A DNA stretch of 64,000 nucleotides, from assembly GCA_002245135.1 (NCBI GenBank), contig NGBS01000874.1:124001-188000 (forward strand), in the 5' to 3' direction. Shown here in pieces: positions 52,101 through 64,000 of this stretch; the first letter of the stretch is position 1, and each line of letters begins with the position of its first letter. Source of the DNA: Proteromonas lacertae (lineage: Eukaryota). The notes under the pieces are model-generated. The model worked only from the letters and a program-made list of their open reading frames with translations, did not search any database and had not been told where the DNA came from. The translations under genes were made by a program, and so were the position numbers.

Positions 52101-55100
52101 TTGATGACTACTTATGCATGTACTTACTAAACATGAATGTGTCACGATGAAATTTTCTTTATACACATTCTTGAATTGAACAATATTATTCATTGATAGC
52201 ATATTTGATATAATTTGTAATGTTTCACAACACAATGAAGAATCCAGTGGACAATAGAATAACAATGATATAAGTGGTTTGAAATAGTTTCTTTTACCAA
52301 ACATTATTCTTTTAGGATACTATATTTTAATATATAAAATTAAAGATTAAACATACATTCAATGATATATTGGTAAATATTTGAAGTACAGACTTAATTA
52401 ACTGTTCTTTCTTATTTAGTAATATATTTCCTTTTGTTGATTTATCATGTGGAGAGATTAATGCGATTGATTCAACCAATTTCAACAGTTCTTCATATAA
52501 TTTATACTCTATACATAATAAAAAGATATATGTATATATACTTTTCTTTAATAAGTCAATAATTTGAGCTTTATCAGATGTTATTGTAAGTATATATTTC
52601 AATACTCTGTGCAAGATATCATAACTTCCTATTTTGTATGATAGTAACATCAAATTCCTAAGATTCTCTATCTTTGTTTTCTTCAAAATATCAGTGATAT
52701 TTGAATTACCATAGATTGCTATTACATTTTTGTTTATTTCATGTTTTAATGGAATATTTTTCACAGAAGTCATTAAATTGTATAAATGGAATACTATTTC
52801 ATATAATAATAATAATAATATAAATACTTCTTTCATATTGTAAGCAAATGTGATACTTTGGTGTATTATAAATTGTTAATAACAATCGTGATATTTCAGT
52901 ATAAATAAACTCAAATGCTCTTTGATTCACTTGTTTAAATGTATCAACTAATTTTAGAGCAGTCATCAATGCATCTGGAATTTCAGGAGAAAAATCACCA
53001 TTATTAATAATATACAATCGACTAAATATAAATATAATTATATGATTTATACAAAAATTGAAAAGTATGTAATATAATTTCACTAATATCTTGTTCAGCC
53101 GAAGCTTCTACATCTTGCAAACATTGTAAAATAGCAACAAATAAATCAACAGTAAGTGGAATAGGTATTCCAGCAATAGGATGTTCCAACATATTAGACA
53201 AACTAACAATTCCAAGCATTCTACAGTTAATATATAGTTTAATTGTTTCTATATCATCAACTGGACTATTATTCTCAGTTTGTAAAGTGGATGGTTTTAA
53301 TTTAATCGCTGATTGTGAACTAATCATCAAATCGTTTGAACTAATCGATTCTTTTCTTCCTGTTGTAGTTGATTTTCTATTCTCCATTAATGTTTCAATT
53401 CTTGGATCTTTTATTGTCTCTTTTCTCTTTCCAAGCAAATCACTCTTCCCAGATCTTCTTTCATCTGATATTTCTCTTCTTGAAGGAAATGAGTTTCTTT
53501 CTGGTTGGTTCATTGGTGATGTTTTACATGATGTTGAAAGTAAAGGAGGAGAAGAATATACTTCATCATCATCTTCATTAATATAATTAATATCTTTTTT
53601 TGTTTTTATATATTCATCCTCTTCGTTTATTCCTACTAATATTCCACTTACTTCATCTTCTAAAAATGGATGAAGTATGAATTTTGAACAACCTTGATCA
53701 CTGATTGGAAATGTAGCTAAGAACAGATTGATTATAAAACCAACTCTCTTCGAAAATCCATAATTATAATTATGTGAATAAGGATGATAAGATATATAGC
53801 AAACTGATCTACAGATTTCAAATATTAAAACTATTATAATAAATAATATATATAAATTTATACATAAATCTGTCATAAAGAAATAATTACTTATTCTATC
53901 CAACATCTTTTCTGTAAACATTTCAATTGTAAAACATTCTAACGAATTAAAACCATAATAACAAGAATTATTAACACCACCATTGTTATTACCACTATTT
54001 AAACTATTATTATTGTTATTGCTATTATTCATATTATTATCTTTATTCGCATTATTGTCTTTACTGGTTGGCGTAATCAGTGTATTTGGAAGAGTAATTT
54101 TATCAGTTTCATCAGTAGCAATAAATGTATATGGTTCATTTAAATCTAATAATGCTTCATCTTTATGATAAAGAAATTCTGCCCATGAATCACATATATT
54201 TTGAGATGTAAAAGAGAATAATATTTCTTTATACATCAAATTATCTTTATCTTCTTTCTTTACAGCTTCTATTTTAATATAATTAATAACAAATACTTCC
54301 ATTTTCATCATAAACTATTGTCATTTCTGGTACATCACTGAATAAAGGACAAGTTCTTGTTAAATCAATCTTACCTGATGGAGATGATGCAGAACTCTAA
54401 TAATAATAATAATAATAATAAATACTTTATAAAAATATAAAAATGGACCATCTACTACCAAACATATTGGTATATTTTTGTTCATTAACCTTCCTTTTGT
54501 GACTAAATAGCAATAACCTTTAAATAGAGGAAATGCCAATAGATCATAGGCTGGTAATAACCCAGTCTCAATTCTATCATTAAATTCCTATAATTAAATA
54601 ATATATATAGGTTAATATATACTTTTAAAACAACTGTAAATATTGATAAATCTCTAATCTGATATATCATATTGATCTCATTAAAATTCATTTCATTTAA
54701 TAAATTTATATCCGTTTCATATAATAAATAAATCAATCTACCAAGCAATTTTAATTGCTTGTTTTGAAATATTTTCACTATCTGTAATTTGAGCATATTT
54801 ACATATTAATGGTAAAAACTTTGGGTATTTATTCAACAACAATATCTTCGCTTCAGCACAATCCACAATTCTAATAAACAAATTTATTAATAACAAAGAC
54901 AATTCTTCATCAGTTTCAGAAAAACATTCAAATAATTTATTCACTATAATTGGATCACTTGCTAATAATGCGGTATTATAATCCTCATACATCACTAATT
55001 CATATAATAGTGTAATGTAATTGAACATAGCATTATCACTTATAGCTCCTTTTTGATTCTTCTTGTCATCTGGTGATATTAAGTTAGTCATATGGTCTAA

Positions 55101-58100
55101 TAATTCATTATAACAATCAGCTTGAACTATCAAATCTTGTAGAGTATCTTCTTGTGTTAAAAATGATAAAACATATGAATAAATTGGTAATTTTGGTATG
55201 CAAGATACTAATATTGAATATCCTTTCATATTTAACAACTGAGCTAAATGAATCTATTCACATAATATAATAATAAATATTAATATATATATATATACTC
55301 TTCTAGCAGAATAAGCAATCATATTTTCTTTTCCATCACTTTGTATAAAATATAATATAATATTTGCAATATTTGACAAGGATTGTTGACTGCATAATTC
55401 AGTAACAGTAATCAATTGGAATAATATTTCTAAACCTTCTTCCCCTGAATCAGTATGTGAATTCCATATTTCACCAGAGGATGATGGATCTTTGATTAAT
55501 ATTGTTAATACTTCAATGAAATTATCAATTGTTTCTGTTTTTTGTTTGATATTTATATCACCTATACTATCAGTTTCTTTATCATCATCACTTCCACTAC
55601 AATCTATGAGTTTATGTAGTATTTCCATAAATAAATCTATTTTTTCTATACACATTGAGATTAATTCTTGCTCATTATAATGCAATTGAATATAAGACAA
55701 TAAAGCATGAGAAGCTCTCCATATTATCATTAAAACATCACAATTTAAGATTAATAATATATTCTCAATTTGTAAACTATCTACTATTGTATCTTTACCA
55801 TACAATTCACATAAACATTCTTTTGTTATATTATGTAATTCTTTGTCTGAGGAATTTATTTGATCCAATAAATAGGGTAAAGAATCTCCTATACTTATCT
55901 GTAATTGAATATTTGTTTTTACTCTACTTGTTGGTGCATTACTAACCATCAACTTCAATGTTCTTATTACTACTCGATCTATTAATATAAATGGGGTTTT
56001 TGAACGAATTGAATATGTTGGTGTAATTCTAATATATTGAGTTGATAATCTAGTCCTAGCGATTGGATTATTATTTGTATATTTAGTTGTTCTTGGGTAA
56101 AAAACAATTTCTTCATCTGCACTATCATAACGAGATGAATTACTAGTTCTCCTATTATTGTTTGTAGTATCAGATGTCTGCTTTGGAGTATTGGTTTTGG
56201 ATAGTGTGTATTGACTTAATTTTCTATTGAATGATAATTGACCATCATCTATATCATTAGAATGGTTTAATTCTGATATTTTTCTTGTCAAAAATTCATT
56301 TTTGGTATTACCATTTGGAGATATATCTTTCAAAGTTACATTATGGATCTTTGGGGTATTTATATTAATAGTTGTATTAGCTGAAACATTGTGAATAGTA
56401 GAAGGGTTACTATCATTTTCATCAATTCCATTATTCCCAGTTTTAGGTGAAGAATCATCAATTCGATGGAATGTTCTACCTGTTCTGTTCAGACTACTAC
56501 CTATTACACCTGTAGTTACATTAAATGCATATAAATTTGGTGCATTATTATTTATATCTAATGGAGGAATTAAAGGAGTTAATCTTAAACTTTCAGGTCT
56601 CATCATTGATTTACCTAGAGGAGATTTTCTATAAGCACCAATATGTGGAGAAAATCTCCTACTATCAAATGAATTATTATTACTAGATGCTAAATCACTA
56701 TTTGAAGCAGTTCGACTACTTGCTACAGCTGAATTTGATCTACTAAATTCTGTAGCAAACTTTGGAATCATTGGTCTGTCATCATCATTATCATTACTTT
56801 TATTTTCAGACAATGGAAATCTTTTTACATTTGTACCAGATAAATGAATAGAAGCACATCTTGCTTTGGCTGATACTAATTTAGATCTAGATTCTATTGA
56901 ACTACTAAACATTTTATAGCTTTCTATTGCTTCTTTCTCATCTTCTTTGGTCATATTTAATGAATTATCTGATTCATCTGAAATTGGATCTATATTCTTT
57001 TTATTATTTACTATTTTGGGAGGTAATGAAGGTGAGGATTTACATGATGAAGGATTTGATTCACTTACATTTGATTCGTTGATTACTTTTGGTTTTTGTT
57101 CAATTGAAATATCTGATGAATTGATTGATTCTTTTCTTTCGTTATTATTATCATCATCATTTTTCTCTTCCTTTTTTTCTTCATCTTTCTTATCCTCATT
57201 GTTATTTTTATTACCATCTTCTTCTTCTTCTTTCACATAATTATTATCATCATCGCTGGATGAATCATCATTATCATCATTAATCTGTAAATTTGGATGT
57301 TCCTCTTTCAATTCTATTGTTGATTCTCTTAACGGATCTCTTAACATTTCATTCATTGTCTTATCCAATTCAATACTATTTCGATTAATTTCATTTCGGA
57401 AATTATCATTCTGCATAGAATGGGTTGATGACATTGGTGGTGTTTGATTTGGTGTTATTGACTCTTTAATTGGATCCATAATGTTTATTGGTTTTACTAT
57501 ACTTTCTTTCTCTTCTTCATTTTCATCTTCTTTTTGATCATCTGCATTTGAACTATTTCTTCGATTATGATTTTTATATTTATCTTCACTCTTTGAGGTT
57601 GATCTAGATTTAGATCTTGAATTATTCTTATGATGATGATGGTGGTGGTGATGGTGATGTTGATCTTCATTAGTTGTTATTGATTCTTTTATTGAATCAT
57701 CCTTTTCATGATTATCATCTTTTGTTTCTTCATACTCATTCTTTTCTGATATTGTTGATGTTTTTCTTGATTTATGATGGTGGTGGTGATGATGGTGGTG
57801 ATGATTATCAGTAATATTATCTTCTCTATCTTTTTCTTTATTTTCAGAGGAGGATATTACTGATTTCTTTCTATTTTCATTACTATCAAATGTTGAAGTT
57901 GAATCAACTGAGGTTGTAGATTTCCTTCTGGAAGCTTTTCTTTTAAATTTATCAACTAACTTATTTTCAATTTCTGTTGCTGATGCTCTTCTTTCTCCTC
58001 TATATTTATAGTTATTATTATTATTACTGTTATTTTGGGAATAATTCTCCACATCAGTATTTTCTTCTGTTGTGTGTGGTGGAGGTGGTGCTTCTAATAT

Positions 58101-60992
58101 GACATTATTCTCTATCTTTATTAAAGGAGGTATAGGTAATCTGGATGATAATCGATTTGGAGATGAATTTGTTGAATCATCTCTTTGTATTTCATTCTTC
58201 ATTGACAATACATTTCCTTTTGATATTTTTGATTTATTTGTTGTTTTGGGGGTTATTGCTTCTTCTTTTTCTTCATTTATGTTATTTCTACTATTATGAC
58301 TGTTTTCTACATCTTCTTTTCTGTCTGTTGGTGGAAATGCATCATCTGTTATTGAATTACATAAATTTGATTTATTTCTTTGATGTCTTGATCTTTTCAT
58401 ATTATTATTATTTTCATTATGATTATAGTTGATGGAATCATTACTTTCATCTAATTTCATTGATTTCGACATTGATTTGGATTCTTCATCTTGTTGTTTT
58501 GCTATTTCTTCTAATTTGGATAGTAAACTTTCATCTAATTGTAATGGTGTTACAGTTCTATTAATAAACTTTCTACTTGATCTTTTACTTGAACTTTCAT
58601 CTTTTATTACATTACCACCACCACCACTTTCCATTCTTTTCATTTCATTATTTTTGAATTTCAATCTTCGATTTTCATTGTGTGTTGAAGAGGAACTAGT
58701 TGTATCTAAATGTCGGATCTGAGATGTTGGACTAAATGTTTTATCCAATTTTAACTTGTGTGATAAAGACGAAGATGAAATGTCTTCAGATTCTCGCATT
58801 ATATCATTATCACTTATCATCACTTTAGATAAGGGACTATAGAATGGAATTGAGGTTGTTGTTGAGCTTAAGACATTATTTGGTAGATTCTGGATTGTAT
58901 TGATCTTCTTTAATGTAAAATCTTTTATATGAACTATTGCAGATATTATATTATTCTCTACTAGTGTTTCAATCCAACTTGCTCTACATTCACTTATGTT
59001 TTTACTATTTTATAATTATTTAATAATCAATCATATATTTTATATAATATTATACACTAATTGGATTATTGCAATTATTAAATCTCGATTCTTTATATCA
59101 ACAGCAAACTTCAAATGACTGGGTATTAATTCTAATATTGGCTTAACAAGTTTTATTGATTCATTATTAAAGGAAATAACACACATTGTCTGATAAACTG
59201 ATATTAACATATTAATTCGGAAATCTGTTGGAGTTAATTTATAGATACAATCAGTATCATCTATTGTTCAAAATACAATATTTATATATATATATATATA
59301 TACTTCTTTTGTTATAATCATAATAATCACTATAACATTCTTCTGTCACTTTTATACAGTTTCTTATCTTATTCAATAAAGGAATACACTTCAAAATTGT
59401 ATTACGATATTCTAATTGGAATATTAAGTGATTAACTATATTCAAAATTGCTAAACAAATTTCAGGTGGAGAATTAAAACATAAAGGATCCTAATTCAGA
59501 ATAATAATAATATATATATACTGATGAAGAAGGTAAAAAGGAGATATATAACTGTAAATTTTCATTCAAACACACTTCACTTAAATCAATTACCCAACCT
59601 CTTTCATAATTAAGAAATTTATCATTTACATTATAACTATCTGGCAATATTCGCAAAGAATCATCAACTACAGATGTACGAGATGTTTCATAATTTATTG
59701 ATCTTAATATTATCATAAACAATTCTTCACTTTGTTGACTTTTTCTATTTTCATTACATATTAATATATATTTATACTTTCCATCACATTTGATATACAT
59801 ATCCATGTCATTTCTCTCAGGATAAGATATTTTGATTATTCTATTACCTTCTTTATCTTCATCACTTGTAATTGAACAATCTATTATAATAATTTCATAT
59901 ATATCTATATATACGAGTTAATAACATCTTTCTTATTGCTATTCTTTGAGTATAACCACCATTATTATTGCTTTATATTGTTTATATTATTTGTTGAAAG
60001 TGTGCTTGATGTCGCAGCATATTGGATTATATAATTGTCGATTATTACTAAATAAGATTCTAATTCATTTGATTCATCTTGAAAAGATATTCTTTGCACT
60101 GAATTGTAAAATGGTAAAAATAATGTAGTTAAATGAAAGTCTGGTAATATCGAATGAAATGTTACTCCTTGAAGATGCTATTCAATTATATTATATATAT
60201 CATACATCAGCTACTGTATAGATTGCATTATAAGTAATCTACTTTAAAATAGAGGAAATAGTCCTGAATAGGCATTGTACTACAATATAAATAATACATT
60301 CATTATTATACTACAAAATATCTTGACTGTAAGATTGGTTCAAAATTGCATATAACAATTTGTTTATTAAATCATGATATTTACTATATACATCTTTATC
60401 AAATATATATTCATAATAATCACTAGAAATGAGCGGAATTACTGACATTTGACCTGCTTCCAAGATTCGATTTAAACATCTTATTATATTTTCTTGAGAT
60501 GATGTGTCTTTTAGTAATGGCAACATATAAGACCACAGTTCTTCATGAAAATATTTAGGATTCATATGTTCCAGTATGACGTGTAAAATGTGAACCATTT
60601 TTGAATTACAGTTTTTGTATGGTGGTTTTCTTGTTAGTATATTGTGTATAATATCTGAATATTTATTGTCAAGGGTAGTCTCATCTGGAGTAAGAAGCAT
60701 TATAGTAATTAAGAATTCATTGTAATACATATTTTAAATGATATATTTCACTAGATCGGGTTTTTCGTCGAGAAGATTCTGTAGATGAGTAATTAAATTC
60801 TGAACACTTTTAGACTAACACATAATATGATTTTTTATACACTCTGCATATTACACACAAATAAAAACGAGCAGCAACCTTCTTGAGACATTTTATAATC
60901 CAAACTACTCCAGATTTTCAAAAACTCTTGGACTTTTTTATCAGCTAAACGGATTATATATGTTCTATACATCTTGATTCTTCTAAAGCCAT
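49177..60992 (-). CDS. Very large multi-exon protein with helical (ARM/HEAT-like) regions, PH-like domain(s) and long low-complexity tracts; function unknown
   Basis: Consecutive minus-strand ORFs 60311-60730 through 49177-50865; the junctions checked (near 59005-59055 and 55254-55298) splice in frame through GT-AG introns. PH-like segment ends IEMIFDNENELDIWYNKINEQIE. Poly-His, -Asn and -Glu tracts. The 5' end (60730-60992) could not be phased cleanly. Confidence 0.6.
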
Positions 60993-61223
60993 TATATTTT
61001 TATTTAGATCATCAAAAAGATTATAAAAAGTTTGAGACACTCAAGTTTTTATTTGAATTGAAAAGGTTATTTTTTTCATATTCTATCAACTATTAAATAA
61101 TATAAAACAAGTAAAACTGATGCTAAATATTGTTTATACACAACAGTTGTATATTTATATCTTATGCTTTCAAATCTAATTTCAAAACAAATATTGTATA
61201 ATTAATAGTATTAGTCACATAAT

Positions 61224-62836
61224 TTAATCTTTTTTCGCCTTTACTGGTCCACTGACACCTTTTTGGAAGTCAGTAAATCTCTTCACAACTTCATCCATTT
61301 GATTTTCAGGTGGTAATATTGTGCATCTGAAGTGATAAGTTCCTTCTTTTTCTCCAAAGCCACTTCCAGGCACAACAACCATACCAGTCTTCAACAGCAA
61401 TTCCATACAATATTCGAAATCAGGTGCAACCTTCTTCTGTTTTGCAGATTCCATTATTGCTGGTGGTATAGTGATTTGTGGGAATGCATATAAAGCACCT
61501 TCTAATTGTTGACATTCTACACCAGGTATATTATTCAAAGCTTTATTCAATTTATCAGCTCTTCTCTTTAATGATTGTAAAATGTCACTCTTTTCTTTTT
61601 CATATAAATCGAATGAAGCATCTCCTTTCTTTGGTGGATTTACCATAATGCCAACTGTAATTTGTCCTTCTAAATTTGAACATAAAGAGACAGAAGCCAT
61701 TTTGTATAACTGTTCTTGTACTTTTGGATCAAAGTTTAATATTTCCATATAACCACCTCTTCTTCCACATCTATTATCATAATAATAATAATAATAATAA
61801 TATACTCTCCAAAGAATCCTTTTGATGTTGAATGGAATGATACTAATTCTAACTTCTTTCTAGCATCATCCATATCTAAAGCTACTTTTCTAAATGAATG
61901 GAATGTCTTTTTATCAGTCCAAATATTCTCTTGATATACTTCATCAGCCATTAATACTAATTTATGACTAATACAGAATTCTATTATTTGTTGCATATTC
62001 TCTGCACTTAAACACTATAAATATATATATCAATATTATTAAAATAAATATATTATACTTGTCCTGTTGGATTTCCTGGGTTAATTACAACTAACCCTTT
62101 AACTGTAATACCTTTCTTTGTAGCTTCATCATAAGCTTTGGTTAAATCTTCAATTCTTAATGACCAACATTCTTCTTCAGTTAAGTAATAATTTACCTAA
62201 TTTAAATATATACATAATAATATACTTGAACACCTCCAAATAACTCAATAGCAGCACTGTAAAGTGGGTATTGTGGAATTGGAATCATAATACCATCAGT
62301 TGAGTTAGATATTAAGACGTTCAAAATGGATTTTACACCACTAGAAGCACCATCGGTTAAATAGATGTTTTCTGGATCACATTCATAACCATCTCTCTTC
62401 TTTAAGAAGTCAGCTACTTCTTGTCTTACACAAGCAACACCCTTTGAATGAGAGTAAGCACCAACACCACCTGGGATATTGTCAATGTAATGTTTTGATC
62501 TTTCAATTACATCCTTTGGGAATACCTCAGGGTGGTTTAATAATTCAGGATAGTTGACACATGCAAGTACTTGACGCTAAGAACGTAATTGGTTTTTGTT
62601 TTAAAGCTTGTGGATTACCAATATTACAGAAAATCATGCTATTAAAGTCCAACTTCTTTCCAGCTTTCAATTCTTTCTCGAGCTCGTTTGCTTTAATTAC
62701 AATAGCACCTCTAACAGCATATTCAGCATTAATAACCTATTCAGTATAAGACCAAATCTCATACGTGTGGGTTGATTTTATCAACAGTGAAATAGTGGCC
62801 TAAAATAAATAATCAAAAAAGCAATATACCAGACAT
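61224..62836 (-). CDS. ALT: Alanine aminotransferase (PLP-dependent, class I/II), multi-exon
   Basis: AEYAVRGAIV, CNIGNPQ, GAYSHSKG, IPIPQYPLYSA, VINPGNPTGQ, MADEVYQENI, SFHSTSKGFFGECGRRGGY, VVPGSGFG.KEGTYHFRCTILP. Confidence 0.97.
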
Positions 62837-63219
62837 TTGAAGCAAAGAAAGAATCTAAAAATCTAATGAAACGATAATGTTGATAAATATGAAGTTTCTA
62901 TGATAACTAAACATCAAAAAAATAGTTTCTACGAAACAGAAATGTAGTAAATTCAATGAATAATCGACAAGTAAATATGAATAGATCAGTATATAGATGA
63001 TTATGTCTCTTTAAAGTGATTTAAAAATAAAGTACTTGTTTAGTTTATGAGTCATTCAACTTATACTATATATATCTGTATGTTATTTTAACTCTTTTAT
63101 TAGAAAATACTAATACTTTTGTTTGATGCTGTTTATTTTATTCCTAAAAACAGATTATTTCATTTTAGAATGTCAAACCCAAGCCACATTGACTGTTTAC
63201 TCTAATTGGCTGTTTGAAA

Positions 63220-64000
63220 ATGTCTGAAGATCTATTCAAACAGTGGAGCGAAAAGAAATTTCTTTTTGTATATTTAATATAATTTTATTATTTAGGCTAC
63301 TGTTGATGACTCACTTAATTATAAGGTATGTACAAAATATATTCTTTCTAGACTGATAGTGTCTGGCTAACATCTGATATCAAATGCACATTAAAAGTTA
63401 AAAGTACAGAAGATAAGTCAAAATATATCCTTAAAGCGTTACATGTTGGTATAGACAAGGATAAGTTGGATACGATTGTATATAATAGTTGTATATATCA
63501 TAATTAATAGAAAGAGAATATCGAAAAGGTGTCTGGTAGTCATCTTCTGAAAATGAAGTGTGTAGAAGTACAAGATGGTGCATATTTAATCTGTGTAACT
63601 CCTTTACAAAAATGCACCTCTTTATCTGTTAAAATGACCTCGAAAATTGAGAAAAAGGAAATTTTGGATTGTGTCAAAGAGATAACCAAAGGTCTGATAG
63701 AATTATCAGATTTAGAATTGTATCATGGTAACTTACAACCCAGAAATGTAATCATAAGAGAGGAGAATGACATTTGCTTGGTTGATTACTTCCAAAGCCA
63801 AATAGAACCAGACATAAGCAAGAAATCAGTAGATGATGTGAAATACATGAGTCCAGAGATGATAAAAGGCGAAAGTGTAAATAGTTCGACTGATGTTTGG
63901 TCATTGGGTGTAATGTTGTATCAATTGTTGATTGGAAAATGTCCATATGAAGGTGGATCTATAGAGAAGGTGAAAGATAAAGTATTGAAAGGTAAATTTC
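63220..64000 (+). CDS. Protein kinase-fold protein, probable pseudokinase, runs off the window end
   Basis: YMSPEMIKG, TDVWSLGVMLYQLLIGKCPYEG. Catalytic loop reads HGNLQPRN and DFG reads DYF. Three short introns. Confidence 0.85.

Noticed and set aside
60730..60900. In-frame TAA or non-canonical splicing near the 5' end of the giant gene
   Set aside because: I could not find a unique exon phase. With indel errors evident elsewhere this cannot be interpreted without RNA data.

Overview
AT-rich, gene-dense eukaryotic nuclear DNA with tiny GT-AG introns (about 20-50 nt), so the raw ORF track fragments most genes. About 22 protein genes can be reconstructed by hand. They include a ~3,945-aa modular surface adhesin, an SLC17-like MFS transporter, a degenerate acyl-CoA-synthetase-fold protein, COG8, a 49-aa Cys-rich CaaX protein, a bacterial-type ATP-grasp enzyme, RPS10, a TMEM230-like protein, three small multi-TM proteins, a SHIPPO-repeat protein, a type I membrane protein, an RluA pseudouridine synthase, a ~4,505-aa outer-arm beta-type axonemal dynein heavy chain, histone H3 with a 3' stem-loop, a giant helical-repeat/PH-like protein, alanine aminotransferase and a truncated pseudokinase. 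A ~4-kb gene-free island (23.4-27.5 kb) holds a shattered, partly inverted relic of a gamma-type dynein heavy chain abutting a 9 x 68-bp minisatellite. At least 11 +1 frameshifts interrupt otherwise intact genes; these are most likely assembly errors, but recoding is untested. Tiny introns, 3' TGTTTGT motifs and the H3 sequence suggest a Blastocystis/Proteromonas-like stramenopile (inference only). All family assignments are from motif recognition by eye; no database search was run.
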